From Curvularia clavata (lineage: Eukaryota): 64,000 nucleotides of DNA. Both the position numbers and the translations under genes were made by a program. How positions within the stretch are numbered: position 1 is the first letter of the stretch; every line of letters begins with the position of its first letter. The notes under the pieces are model-generated. The model did no database searches. It was given only the letters and a program-made list of their open reading frames with translations, and was not told the DNA's origin. Of the stretch, positions 12,993 to 24,900 are shown piece after piece. Location of the stretch: NCBI GenBank assembly GCA_023920165.1, contig CP089276.1, forward strand, positions 2,666,001 through 2,730,000, written 5' to 3'.

Positions 12993-13805
12993 TTATGCAG
13001 CACCGCCATCCAGAGTCAGAACCTTGCCGTTCACCCATTCACCCTCCTTGCTGACTAGGAAGCCTACAACGTTGGCAACATCCTGCGGCCAGCCGTTTCG
13101 GTGCAGCGGGGATGCGTGCGCGGCCATCTGCTGGCGCTGCTCAGCGGTGTAATCTGTTCCGTTGGGAATGTAGTGGTGGGAGACCTCGTGGAACATGTCT
13201 GTGACAGTACCACCGGGAGCAACGGCATTGACAGTGATCTTCTTATCGCCGCAGTCCTTTGAGAAAATGCGCACAAAGGAGTCAACAGCACCCTTGGATC
13301 CAGAGTACAGTGAGTGCTTTGGAACGCTGAAGTCCTTGGAGGTGTTGGAGGAAGTGAGGACGATGCGGCCGCCCTCAGTTAGGTGGCGATAAGCCTCGCG
13401 AGCAACAAAGAATTGGCCTCGTGTGTTGAGGCTGAAGACGCGGTCAAATTCCTCCTCAGTCACGTCCTTGAGGTGTCCGAAGCTCACAACACCGGAGTTG
13501 CTGACGGCGATGTCGAGGTGGCCAAAGTGGGCTACAGCCTGGTCGAAGAGCTTTACAATCTCAGGAACCTGGCGGATGTCGGCCTTGATGGCAATGGCGT
13601 CGCTTCCCAGCGCCTTGATCTCGGAGACGACCTTCTCAGCGTCCTTGGTGGAGTTGGCGTAGTTGACAACGACTTTGGCGCCAAGGCGACCCAGATGAGT
13701 GGCTACGGCTGCGCCGATACCTCGACCAGAGCCTGTGACAAGGGCGACCTTGCCATCAAGTCGGCCGGGGATGTAGGTTTCGGATGTGTTCTCTACGTGT
13801 GGCAT
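12993..13805 (-). CDS. Short-chain dehydrogenase/reductase, MdpC/AflM-like anthrahydroquinone reductase (fungal 17beta-HSD type)
   Basis: Intronless 270 aa; [17 protein letters not shown] catalytic motif. Recognised from memory as nearly identical to C. lunatus 17beta-HSDcl. Confidence 0.95.
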   Translation of the reverse strand: MPHVENTSETYIPGRLDGKVALVTGSGRGIGAAVATHLGRLGAKVVVNYANSTKDAEKVVSEIKALGSDAIAIKADIRQVPEIVKLFDQAVAHFGHLDIAVSNSGVVSFGHLKDVTEEEFDRVFSLNTRGQFFVAREAYRHLTEGGRIVLTSSNTSKDFSVPKHSLYSGSKGAVDSFVRIFSKDCGDKKITVNAVAPGGTVTDMFHEVSHHYIPNGTDYTAEQRQQMAAHASPLHRNGWPQDVANVVGFLVSKEGEWVNGKVLTLDGGAA

Positions 13806-14134
13806 TTTGAAAATTGCTGTGACTGAGAAAGGAGAAAAAGAGAATTAGAGAGTTGGTGTGAAAGTCTAAGAGATGATGATGCACAATGGTGAAGTTGTAG
13901 AGTCTATCCGTTGCTTATGTGCTCTTGTCAGTTTGAAACAGACCGTGAATAAGCTCCTAAGCGGCTCATTGTGTGGAGTTCACAGTCTCGATTACGCGCA
14001 GTATACCGCAGCAATGGGACGTGTGCGAGACCAAAATCAATCCGATCTCCAATCATCAAAGTCGTAGGGTCGCATTCGCTGAATGATGATGATCCATCGC
14101 CCCGGGTCCCTGGTCGGCACGGAGCGAAGTGGTT

Positions 14135-14150
14135 TGTCCCGATCGGGACA
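14135..14150. promoter_or_regulatory. Perfect 16-bp palindrome TGTCCCGATCGGGACA in the SDR/MdpK-like divergent promoter
   Basis: The sequence equals its own reverse complement; function is inferred only. Confidence 0.35.
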
Positions 14151-14550
14151 TGGCCCGAATAATCCACTTTGCCTACTTTGAACGTTTATTCAGAGCCCGT
14201 CATTGGTTAGATATATTCTTTTTGGCCACTCAGGTACTTGAATTCAAATAACATATCATAGAATAAGCGGTTTCTCAAAACAATAACCACGTCGATTCGG
14301 ATAAACATCATTACAAGACGTCTTTGTACCGGCGATCGGATTTTTAACTAGTACCCTGTCGGCGAGATCTCTGGCACCAATTAAGTCGGCATAATAACTG
14401 TCTTCTTTATGCAGCTTGGAACGTGTTTATTATTAAAGACAGGAAAAGAGAGATGGTGTAACATCAATTTTGTTCATCCCCAAATCATTTACTGGGCCAG
14501 GTGGAGCAGCTACCTTAATCTACTTCGAAGTTTATTGAAACACTGCCAAT

Positions 14551-15336
14551 ATGGTGTGCTACTCAATTCTCGGTGCCACAGGTAACTGCGGCACCGCCCT
14601 CCTCGAGCTTCTTCTCAAGAACACCGATGCCAAAGTCAAGGCCTACTGCCGCAACAAGGACAAGCTCTTCCGACTAGTCCCAGCGGCTGCGAACAATCCT
14701 AGAGTTGAAGTCTTCAATGGCAGCATCTTAGATGCTGACCTACTCGGCAAAGCCATGTACGGTTCCAAAGCCGTCTTCCTCACAGCTACTACCAACGACA
14801 ACGTTCCTGGATGCCACATCAGCCAAGACCTTGCTCACACCGTGATCAAGGCACTGGAGAAAATCAAGGGCGAAGAAAACGCGCCACCCATGCCGAAACT
14901 AGTTCTGTTGTCCTCCGCCACCATCGATCCTTGGATCAGCCGAAAGAACCCTTGGGTCAACGCCATTGTCCGTCGGTCAGCATGGCATGTGTACCGAGAC
15001 TTGGAGCTTGCAGAGGAGTTTCTGAGGAAGCACGAGGACTGGGTCAAGTGCGTGTACATCAAGCCAGGAGGCTTGTCTGTGGATATCCAAAGGGGCCACA
15101 GGTTGACACTGGATGATGAAGAGTCGTTTGTTTCTTACCTCGATATCGCTGCTGGTATGATTGAAACAGCGGAAGACGAGGAGGGCAAGTGGGATAATAA
15201 GAATGTTGGTGTGGTGAATGCGGGTGGCAAGGCTAAGTTCCCCAAGGGCACGCCTAAGTGCATCTTGTGTGGCCTGTTGACTTATTACTTTCCTTTCTTG
15301 TACCCTTATCTTCCGTCAGGTACGGGACCTGCTTAA
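14551..15336 (+). CDS. NAD(P)-binding oxidoreductase, MdpK/AflX/AvfA-like
   Basis: Intronless 261 aa; N-terminal 'ILGATGNCG' Rossmann motif, '[11 protein letters not shown]', '[17 protein letters not shown]', 'SYLDIAAGM'. Confidence 0.88.
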   Translation: MVCYSILGATGNCGTALLELLLKNTDAKVKAYCRNKDKLFRLVPAAANNPRVEVFNGSILDADLLGKAMYGSKAVFLTATTNDNVPGCHISQDLAHTVIKALEKIKGEENAPPMPKLVLLSSATIDPWISRKNPWVNAIVRRSAWHVYRDLELAEEFLRKHEDWVKCVYIKPGGLSVDIQRGHRLTLDDEESFVSYLDIAAGMIETAEDEEGKWDNKNVGVVNAGGKAKFPKGTPKCILCGLLTYYFPFLYPYLPSGTGPA

Positions 15337-15965
15337 TTATACCACATGTTTCCATTTTTTTCTGCAATGTTTACCTATATGTTGGTAGTATTAGGAAATT
15401 GAAATTGAAGCCTTAATTCTTTTTTAAAAAAATACTTAGACACTGTTAAAATGTGATCGGATGCCACTTGCTTGGCATATTATGAGAGATGTTAAGTGAA
15501 ATTAACTACGTGAGAACTATCCAAATATATTACATTACTCTAGGTGTAGTTGAAGATTCAACCCGATGATCTATTAAGACCAATGATTCTTGAAGGCGCG
15601 AAACTACCATGTCACATGCGTAATGTAGATATTGGGGTCCTCGACTGTGAAAAACATCCTACCATACTATCTGTAGTGGAATTAAAATGTTCCTTCTCTT
15701 TGAATACACACATTGCATGCTTTATTGCGCACGTGTCTCGAAGATTTCCTTTGTAACTGCACGACATCATCATAGATCGTCTTCTCTCACTGAGTACAGC
15801 ATTTACTGCTTTCGAAACGCGAAGTACGAATGTCGTTCCTGGCTACCCAATCAGCGGGCCTCTCAATTGTTCCGAATTAGTGCAACCAAAACCGGGTTCG
15901 GGTTAATGCTAGGCTATTCCTCGATATGTGCCGATGCCAAGCACGCGATGAAGCGGCAGGACTGT

Positions 15966-15979
15966 TCGGAACTAGCCGA
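15966..15979. promoter_or_regulatory. Putative Zn2Cys6 site TCGG-N6-CCGA upstream of the dehydratase
   Basis: TCGGAACTAGCCGA about 125 bp before ATG 16104. Confidence 0.5.
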
Positions 15980-16103
15980 CACCTGACCGTCGCGACTTTG
16001 GAAAAGAAGTCTACAAAACTACGCAAGATAAAACATTCCTTTAGTTTCTCATCCGCTGGGTGTGAAAGGAGAATTAAGAACACACCTTTGAAGAAAATTC
16101 ACA

Positions 16104-16708
16104 ATGCCTCATAAAACGGAAGTTAGGCCGGACCCAGCAGGTAATTTCCTGATTCAAGTCTATTTAGCGCTGATACGCTAGTACTAACATTGCCATTCCA
16201 GATATTGTTGGGTGCCAGGCTGCAGCATTCGAGTGGGCTGAGAGTTATGACACCAAAGATTGGGATCGCCTCTCGAGATGTGTTGCACCTGAACTCTACG
16301 TAAGCCTCCCAAAATAATTCTACACGTGTGACTCAGTAGTGATACGTTTACTAGATTGATTACCGCACTGTCATGGGAATGATGTGGGAGAAGATGCCTG
16401 CGGCTGAATTCCTTGGCATGGCTTCCAGCCCCAGGTTCCTCGGCAACGCACGCATCAAAACCCAGCATTTCATGGGCCAGACGAAGTGGGTTCAGAAAGA
16501 GCCAGGTTACATCCTCGGGTATCATCAGATGCGTGTGGCGCATCAGAAATACGAAGATGACGATCTCACTAAAGTCCTTTACAAAGGGCACGCTCATGGT
16601 AAAGCAACACTACACTATCGTCAAGTAGACGGCGAATGGAAATTTGCTGGTCTTGAGCCTGATATCCGCTGGTCTGAGGGCGATTATGGCAAGATCTTCC
16701 AGGAATGA
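16104..16708 (+). CDS. Scytalone dehydratase-like enzyme (MdpB-like)
   Basis: Exons 16104-16140, 16202-16299, 16355-16708. '[15 protein letters not shown]...IDY...TQHFMG...[10 protein letters not shown]...[14 protein letters not shown]'. Confidence 0.92.
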
Positions 16709-17625
16709 TTGTATAGAAGGGGCAATTGGTGGTGTAATATATTAATACACATCTAGATGGAAAAAATAAGTTTTCGCATTCAGCACCATCCCCTTTGGTC
16801 ATCATGCTCATCTGCGACAAGGAATGGGAAATCATGAGATATTGTTCCAGCCATGTATTTTGTAGTTGATGTTTGCTCGATAATTAGCATTTTGCAACAG
16901 CCAGTCGTTGGATACATTATCTGACAAAAGATTTCATTTCACATTCCCTGACATTTGGATGCCTTATCATGCCAAGTGGCAATAACTATGAGATTGAATG
17001 TGATGTAAGGTGAGGTAGCCTGATCAGGCCTCCTACATGCATATGTATGGTTATCTGTCAATTCAAACGTGTTTTCACTCATCCTTTCCGTATCTGTTCG
17101 TTCTCAGACGTAGCATGACCTTATGCACGTGCTAAACATGTTTTAAAATTGACTCCGGCTGCATTACTAGGTACATGTAGACGAAGTCTGAACGAAATTT
17201 GATCGACCTAGGTGGATGCCTGAGGAAGAATGGTGGCCCTGTTGAAGCAGTGGGTACTGGTGGGGCTGGTATGCCTGGCAGCATCGGTCCGATTAGGCTT
17301 GTTTCTCCCGAGAAGACGGCGATCTCCAAATAGTGCAGGTAGGTGATCAACTTAGAATTAGGAGCGTAAACACGACTTGGAGGACCAATGGTTTCATCCA
17401 AATTGTTTCTAATACTGCCGATATTCATTCCGCTCATGTAAGATGCCCAAGTGACATCACCATTATGCACCTTAACTATTACAGACGTCCACTACTCTTT
17501 CGCTGTCCACATTTTGCCTACATCCTTAGTGCATTCGGGGTAATGATACCTAAGTCGAGAGGCCCTTGATGACCCCTGCTTAAATTCTCCCCTTCCGATG
17601 AATACACACCATTCTCCAACCAGGA

Positions 17626-18214
17626 TCATTTTTGTAGCTTCGCGGCCAACGCAATCAGGGACGCAACTAGCGGTAGTGTCGCCCGAACAGCATGCCATCG
17701 AGACCACTTATTCAGAGACTGGTGGAGAACCTTGCTAGTTGCCTGATCTAGCCAGACTGCGCCAGTACCTCCGTTTTTGCCCTTGCTCTGGTCGAGATTC
17801 GCAATAGATGCCTCGAGGGGAAAGATCATCACTCTTTCCCACCATGCTACTTGCAACAATGTAGCAAATGAGACTGCAAAAGGCTTCCACTGTGCAGCTT
17901 TGGCAGGATCGGGGTGTTGCGAAAGAAGGGCAGCAGTTATGCCGAACAAGAAAGCAAAACTGGCATTCAATGGCTCTAGCCATGCCCCACCGCGTCGGGA
18001 CGTCTCCAAAAGCTGTGCGATAGCGCTGCTGGACGTGTTCAGTTTGATGATCGGAATAATCCATAGGTTGAACGACCACGCTATGCCTACACCACATGTT
18101 GATGAGTACCTTTCTTATGAAGCATTCAATCTAGAGCAACGAACCTGAAACAATAAATAGGGAAACAATCATTCCCCAATGGATGAAGGGTATGATATGA
18201 AATATTGTGTCCAT
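17626..18214 (-). CDS. DUF1772 / anthrone oxygenase-like membrane protein (copy 1)
   Basis: ATG at 18214, intron 18087-18144; several hydrophobic helices and C-terminal 'LNKWSRWHAVRATL' (W..W..R motif). Confidence 0.75.
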
Positions 18215-18573
18215 GGTGGCCATTGTGGTTGCTAAGTGATGTGAGGGCAAGTGGGATACGTCGCACGACTGTACTGCGTTGCTGCGATAGCTCGCTCTGG
18301 TTTGAATATATGAGGGGGAAGTTTATTGAGTCTTTTTGATAAAATCAAGAGATTTGTACCGTCGGGCCCGAAGGAAATCCCTAAAGTGACGCTCGCAAGG
18401 GGAGCCGACAATGTAAGAATGTGTTATTAATGCATGGGCACTGATTCAAATCCTTAAGAAGGGCGTTTCTCGTGACTGTATCAACAATTTAAAATAATAT
18501 CGAGGAACCGATGAGTATCCTTCTAAGCCGGTTGTTTTCGAGCGGTGCAAATGGGGTCGGATGTTGCGTTTGC

Positions 18574-18587
18574 TCGGATTATCCCGA
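18574..18587. promoter_or_regulatory. Putative Zn2Cys6 site TCGG-N6-CCGA in the divergent promoter of the two DUF1772 genes
   Basis: TCGGATTATCCCGA. Confidence 0.55.
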
Positions 18588-18848
18588 CGTCAATCCGCGA
18601 ATTGTATTTCTTCCGAAAAGAACGACAAGTTTTACAGGAATCACATCTGACACTACATCAACACATTTTGAACCGCGAATCCGCGCGGTATGATCAAAAT
18701 ATATCCGGATGTAGAATATATCCGATGCAGATAAGAGGCATGACGGCAACAGCCAGAGATACACGCTTGAACTTAGTGCATCACCCAATTGAACCTCGTT
18801 TTTTTCAAAATTTCTTGAAGTCAATCTCTGAGTATTGTTTGAACGAAA

Positions 18849-19462
18849 ATGTCTGAAGTTCTCATTCATCTAGCGCACGCTTGGGGTGTCACAGGAGCGG
18901 CGCTCCTCTCAGGTAAGCATCGTGTGTTGCGCTTTAAACTAGCACACAAGGAATCAAACGAAACTTCCCAGTAGAGACATGCTGATATTGTTGTTCTATG
19001 ATAGGATTCATTGTGTGCTTCAGCCATGCTGGGGTACCAACGCTCAGCATAGCTCCAGTCGACACTCTTGTGCATCAGTTCAAAACTATGTACAACATTG
19101 GAAAGGCCACATCGCCGCTTGTTGCTATCACGGTCACAATATGTAATGGCTACTCTGCCTATTGTGCCAAGGACAGTACCGACCTAATCGGCAATTTGAT
19201 ATCCCCATTTGCCTTGTACACAGCAGCGACAGTGTGTGTACCTTCGATTGTTCCTTACACGTTGCTGTACATGGAGCCTGCTGTGAACAAAAAGCTATTG
19301 ACATTGGGCGGGATGGTGGAAAATGGTACCAAGGCAAAGGATCTTGGTGTTGGAGACGAGGAAGTTCGGAGTATGTTGAAGAGGTGGAAAGGGATGAACT
19401 TTGTGCGAGCAACACTTGTAGCCACGGGAGCTGTTCTGAGTGCTCTGGCTACCTTCCGCTAG
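18849..19462 (+). CDS. DUF1772 / anthrone oxygenase (HypC/EncC/TpcL-like; copy 2)
   Basis: Exons 18849-18912, 19005-19462. 'QFKTMYNIGK', 'VPYTLLYMEPAVNKKLL', 'MLKRWKGMNFVRATL'. Confidence 0.85.
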
Positions 19463-20027
19463 GCAGATTACTTGCTGTCATTATCAATTTTGGAATTGTG
19501 GTAAATGAAGAGGGCTGTAAAAAGCGTTGGCGACTTACGGGCGCTGGGATGATGGTTAGTAGCATTTGTTGAGATTTTCCACTCTGACTTTGTCGAATAA
19601 TGCAATTTTTCTTTGACGAGTTGCCACTCTCAGATGTGAAGTTCACATGTCTAATCATCCATTCGATCATTGACATGTTTGCAAACTGCTCTATAGTGTC
19701 TGTGTTTTAATCGATCTTCTGAAGTCGGTTCAAATATAACCAGATTTGAAGATGCCCAAATTCCTCCCAGTTCCAGAACATCACCATTCATTGTTCTGCC
19801 AGAGATTGCATTGCTTCTAGTGGCTAGAACTAGGAGTTGCAACCTCGAGACAACATAACCAAGTCGCACATGCGAAAACAAGGTATATGAGTTGATGATT
19901 GAATCCATCTTGGAAAGTAACCCGAGAAAGCAATTAATTTGATATCATACAATCTATCTAGTGCTACATGGATAATGCAATTGGTATCTAAAGCATGCCC
20001 ATCAGAAATTGATCCTGAGATAAAGTA

Positions 20028-21023
20028 TCAGGCGCTAGCACGTGTAACAGGGTATTGCACTTGCTGCATGGGAGCAGTGTGCTGCTGTGCATTCCCAATG
20101 AGAAACCACCTTTTCTGGCCAGCACGAACCTGGAAACCAACTTTGCCGTCGCCAGCGAGCTTCCGAAGCACCTCTTCAATGAATGGCTCCAAAGCCAAGG
20201 TACGTGTTGCCTCGTCCACTGAGCTTCCATATATATTGTCAACAATATCTCGAACGACTGGTCGGCTTTGACCATAATCGTGGAGATTACGCAACGCTCT
20301 AATGACTTGTTTCTCTCTTCTATATTTCGAAGACAACTCTCGGCTAATCTTCGTGTTCAGATCGTCGATGGTGATACCGTGAGCTGGATGGCCAGCCCGA
20401 CATTTCTGATCCATCATCTTGTGCAGGCTAGACATGAATACGCCGAGGTCCTCCACCGCACTAGTGCCGGTGCCGAGAATGTTGTCTCCAGTGAACATGG
20501 AGTTCTCTTCCTTGAGGATGAAGCACATGTGATCTTCCGAGTGACCGGGAGAGTGCAACGCCACAACGGTCGCTCCCTCAACACAAAACTCTTGTCCATC
20601 ATAGATGTCTTGTTGCCCTGGCTCGGGATCGTTTTTGTAAATGTGGTCTTTCAGGTGCGGATACATTCGAATGAGATCTGGCACTCCTCCAGAGTGGTCG
20701 CCATGCCAGTGTGTGATGAGGACATACTTGATGCTAATGTTTCGAGACTCCAAAGTTGATGCAAGCAGTTTGGCGTACTCTGGCTCTCCCCCAGAAGTAT
20801 CAATCAGTATGCGGGAGGAACCGGTGCCGATCAAAAACGTGTTGGTGCCTTGAAAGGTGAACTTTCCCGGGTTTTGTCCCCGCACTCGAATGACTCGTTC
20901 TGTGACTTGTTCTACATCGGGTATCGGTTCAAGGTTGGCCGTTTGACCCTTCAAATAGTCTTCGAAAGCGCAGATGTTAAGTGACTTATTAATCTGCTTG
21001 TAGCCTCCCTTATCATCCGACAT
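20028..21023 (-). CDS. Metallo-beta-lactamase-type thioesterase (MdpF/ACTE-like)
   Basis: Intronless 331 aa; 'GQNPGKFTFQGTNT', THWHGDH metal motif, 'HSPGHSEDH', 'FTGDNILG'. Confidence 0.93.
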   Translation of the reverse strand: MSDDKGGYKQINKSLNICAFEDYLKGQTANLEPIPDVEQVTERVIRVRGQNPGKFTFQGTNTFLIGTGSSRILIDTSGGEPEYAKLLASTLESRNISIKYVLITHWHGDHSGGVPDLIRMYPHLKDHIYKNDPEPGQQDIYDGQEFCVEGATVVALHSPGHSEDHMCFILKEENSMFTGDNILGTGTSAVEDLGVFMSSLHKMMDQKCRAGHPAHGITIDDLNTKISRELSSKYRREKQVIRALRNLHDYGQSRPVVRDIVDNIYGSSVDEATRTLALEPFIEEVLRKLAGDGKVGFQVRAGQKRWFLIGNAQQHTAPMQQVQYPVTRASA

Positions 21024-21480
21024 GGCTGGACTATTGGATGCGGCAAGGAAAAGTTATGTTCGCACTGAGAGCAACGAATAGCGTAAGAATGTGTTCAAGA
21101 CAATTGTACTTTGACAGATTTTGTATATGTGTGCTGTCCCAATTTTCGATTGTCAGCGACTGCTGTACGGCGAGGTTTAAATCTTGCTATGGACTAGCAA
21201 TTGTCAGCCGGAATATCCCAAGCCATGTTTGCCACATAGAACTGAGTGAATTCTTATTGGGTCGCAATACATACCATCAGATCTCGATACGTATGGACAA
21301 CAAGTAGTTGTTGGGGATCGCAGGGTTTATGAGTAAGTGTTCCGAAACATGGCGTTGTGTCTTGCATTATCTGTACCGGCTCTACTTCCTGTGCATGGCG
21401 ATGGGGTAGCACTCGGGTTGATGGTGGTTCGCCAAGAAGGGTTCCACACTCACTCGGTGGAATGCGGCTCGTTTCCTGAT

Positions 21481-21494
21481 TCGGATCATCCCGA
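21481..21494. promoter_or_regulatory. Putative Zn2Cys6 site TCGG-N6-CCGA in the thioesterase/PKS divergent promoter
   Basis: TCGGATCATCCCGA, 13/14 identical to the site at 18574. Confidence 0.55.
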
Positions 21495-21907
21495 ATGTTC
21501 CGTGCCACAAAAACCCGACGGTATGGTTGAGAGCCTCCGATTTCATCATCGGATACCTTTCCACTGGTCCTCGGGGCCTAGTCGTCATCCGGCACGTGTG
21601 ATCAACACTGTGCTTGTTGTGACTAAGCAAGTTCTACCATGCGACAATGGGGTCGCCCAGTAGTACGGCATAGACTACGAATTTTGGAGGTATACGCTCA
21701 TCGCAAGCGGTTGAATACCATGACATTGATATGGACCGAGGTTTATTGTCAGTTTCATAGAAAGATGAATTGAATTCATATATCTCTATGCGACATCTGC
21801 ATTGCTCCCGTCTTCAAACCCACCATCACCTCACAGCCTTTTGTTTTTTATGAACTGGAGAAGGTGATCTCTAATTTCCGGGACTCTGTTCATGAGCCTG
21901 CGCCATC

Positions 21908-24900
21908 ATGGAGGTTGTATACGTCAGTAACGAATTCCCCAAGGATGACCTTGGAGAAATCCTCAGGCAATTGCATAGCCAAAGCAAGACTACCAACCAT
22001 GAGACCCTAGCACGCTTCACCAGAGATGCGACCCAGGCAGTCAAGAAGGAGATTGAAAAGCTCCCCTCGAACTTGAAGAAGCAAATACCTCCGTTCGAAT
22101 CCCTCGTCTCTTGGGCAGAACAGAAAGAGCTTCGCGAAGGTGAACTATGCGGCGCAATCGATGGCGTTTTACTGATACTTGTTCAACTCTCCGTGTATAT
22201 TTGGTAAGTCAGTTCAGCCTTACTACTGTTTCTCTGGCTAATCTAAGTAGTAATGTTGAGAATGGCAACGAGCCAGCATCTGCGGCTGGTGAAAAGCACA
22301 TCACGGGCTTGGGCGTTGGTTTGCTCTCAGCTGCCGCAATTGCTTTGGCTCGAGATGTATCTGAGATACCTTTCTATGGCGCGAAAGCGATTGAAATCGC
22401 CTTCCGCATGGGGATTCACGTACAAGGGATCTCGCACAACTTGGAGGCTCGCAACCTTGATGAGCCACCCAAGACATGGGCTTATGTGGTCCACAACGTG
22501 GATCCTGAGCAGACAAAGAAGGATCTCGAAGCATTCCATGAAGCAGTACCCAGTTCTGATACCAGTCGCATCTTCATCAGTGCTGTTAGTCGCACCTCTG
22601 TTACGATCAGTGGTCCGCCTTCAAAGCTTGAAAACCTTTTCAAGAAAGCTACAGCATTCAGAGACGCCAAGTCAATTGCATTGCCTGTTTACGGAGGACT
22701 GTGCCATGCACCACACATTTACGACTCGCAAGATGTAGACGCTATCGTACAAGACATCGTGGCTTCTTCAGATCTACTGCGTCCGCAAGACGAACCGAAA
22801 CTACCACTCTCGTCAACAAGCACCGGCATCCCGTATACAGCCTCTAATGCAACACAGCTTTTCAAGAGCATTGTGTTCGAGCTCCTGACAAAAGCCATTG
22901 AGTGGGACAAAGTTATTGCGCAAGAGGTCCAATACGCCAAGGACAACAAGCAAACTCAAATTACACTCTCCTGCTTTGGAAACTCCATTCCCTTGAACGA
23001 TCTTCGTTCTGAGTTGCAGAAAGCCGTCAAAGATGTTTCTGTTTCCTTGAACAACTACATGTCAAAACTTCGTCAGGATGCCACTGAAGCCACTACTCCT
23101 CGAGGAACAAAACAGTCCAAGCTCGCCATTGTCGGGATGTCCTGCAGATTCCCAGGCGGTGCAACCGACACTGAGAAATTCTGGGAACTGCTTGAGGCCG
23201 GACTGGATGTGTCTCGTGTGATACCTCCGGATCGATTTGACATCAAGACACATTACGACCCAGAAGGAAAAGACCTCAACAAGACAATGACCCAATATGG
23301 ATGCTTTATTGATGAGCCTGGTCTGTTCGACGCGAGCTTTTTCAATATGTCCCCTCGCGAGGCAATGGTCGTTGATCCCCAAATGCGGCTCTCGCTAGTC
23401 ACTGCATACGAGGCATTGGAAAGAGCAGGTTATGTCGCCAATAGGACTCAATCTACCAAGCTTGAGCGCATTGGAACGTACTACGGCCAAGCAGCTGATG
23501 ACTATCGCGAGGTAAATCAAGGACAAGAAGTCGGAACCTACTATATCCCGGGTGGATGCCGTGCTTTTGGACCAGGTCGTATTAACTATTTCTTCAAATT
23601 CGCTGGCCCAAGCTACAGCATTGACACTGCCTGTTCTTCGGGACTTGCGGCAATTGAAGTGAGTAGATGATGTTCATGAATACCGATAATGATGTATTGA
23701 TTGTTTTATAGGTCGCTTGTAATGCTCTCTGGAACGGTGAGATCGATATGGCTGTAGCAGGCGGCGTCAACATCCTCACGAACCCCGATGGTTTTACTGG
23801 TCTCTGCAAAGGCCACTTTTTGACCAAGGGCCACAACGCCTGCAAGACTTGGGATGCCACCGCTGATGGCTACTGCCGTGCTGACGGTGTAGGATCAATT
23901 GTTATCAAGAGGCTAGAAGATGCACAAGCTGATAACGATAACATCCTTGGAGTTGTTCTCGCTGCGGGCACTAACCACTCCGCCGAGGCTGTCTCCATCA
24001 CCCACCCCCATGCAGGACATCAGGCATATTTGGCGCGCCAAATCCTCAGACAAGCAGCTGTCAATCCTTTGGATGTTTCATATGTAGAGCTTCATGGAAC
24101 TGGCACACAAGCAGGAGATTACGAGGAGATGAAAGGTGTAATGGATGTGTATGCACCAAACACCTTCCCAAGCCGCCGATCTGACCAGAAGCTGCACATT
24201 GGAAGCGTCAAATCAAACGTTGGTCATGGAGAGTCGGTTGCTGGAACTACAGCACTCATTAAGGTCTTGACAATGTTGCAAAAGGGCGCCATTCCTCCAC
24301 ACATCGGCATCAAGACTGAGATGAACCCGCGCCTACCAAAGGACCTGGAGCAGCGAAATGTCGCAATTCCGTTCACTATGACTGAATGGAAGAAGGATCC
24401 AAAGAGAAAGCGCATTGCAGCAGTCAACAACTTCGGAGCTGCTGGTGGCAACACCATGATGATTCTGGAGGAAGCGCCCTCGGTTGAGGTGGCTCGCGAA
24501 AAGGAAACCAGGCCAACACATGTCGTTGCCGTGTCTGCGAAGACCAAGACTTCTCTTCGCAACAATATCGAGCGTCTGATTGCGTACCTCGACAAAAACC
24601 CGGACGCCGTCATTTCGGATGTCGCTTATACCACTACTGCACGCAAATACCACCACTCATACAGAGTCGCGGTCAGCGGTACTGATGTTGCTTCAGTCAA
24701 AAAGCAGCTGACGACACAGTTGAACAAGGTGGATTCTTTGAAGCCACTGAACAAGACCAATCCACCTTCCGTGGCGTTCGTTTTCACGGGTCAGGGTGCC
24801 TCCTACCAGTCGATGGATCTTGAGCTATATCACGAGTCACCGGTCTTCAGAGAGCATATTCAATACCTTGACAAGCTTGCTCAAGCCCAAGGCTTCCCCT

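Noticed and set aside
17132..17470. Minus-strand 112-aa ORF with 'GPPFFLRH', faintly like a tyrosinase CuB site
   Set aside because: Key histidines are missing and there is no other support; at most a remnant.
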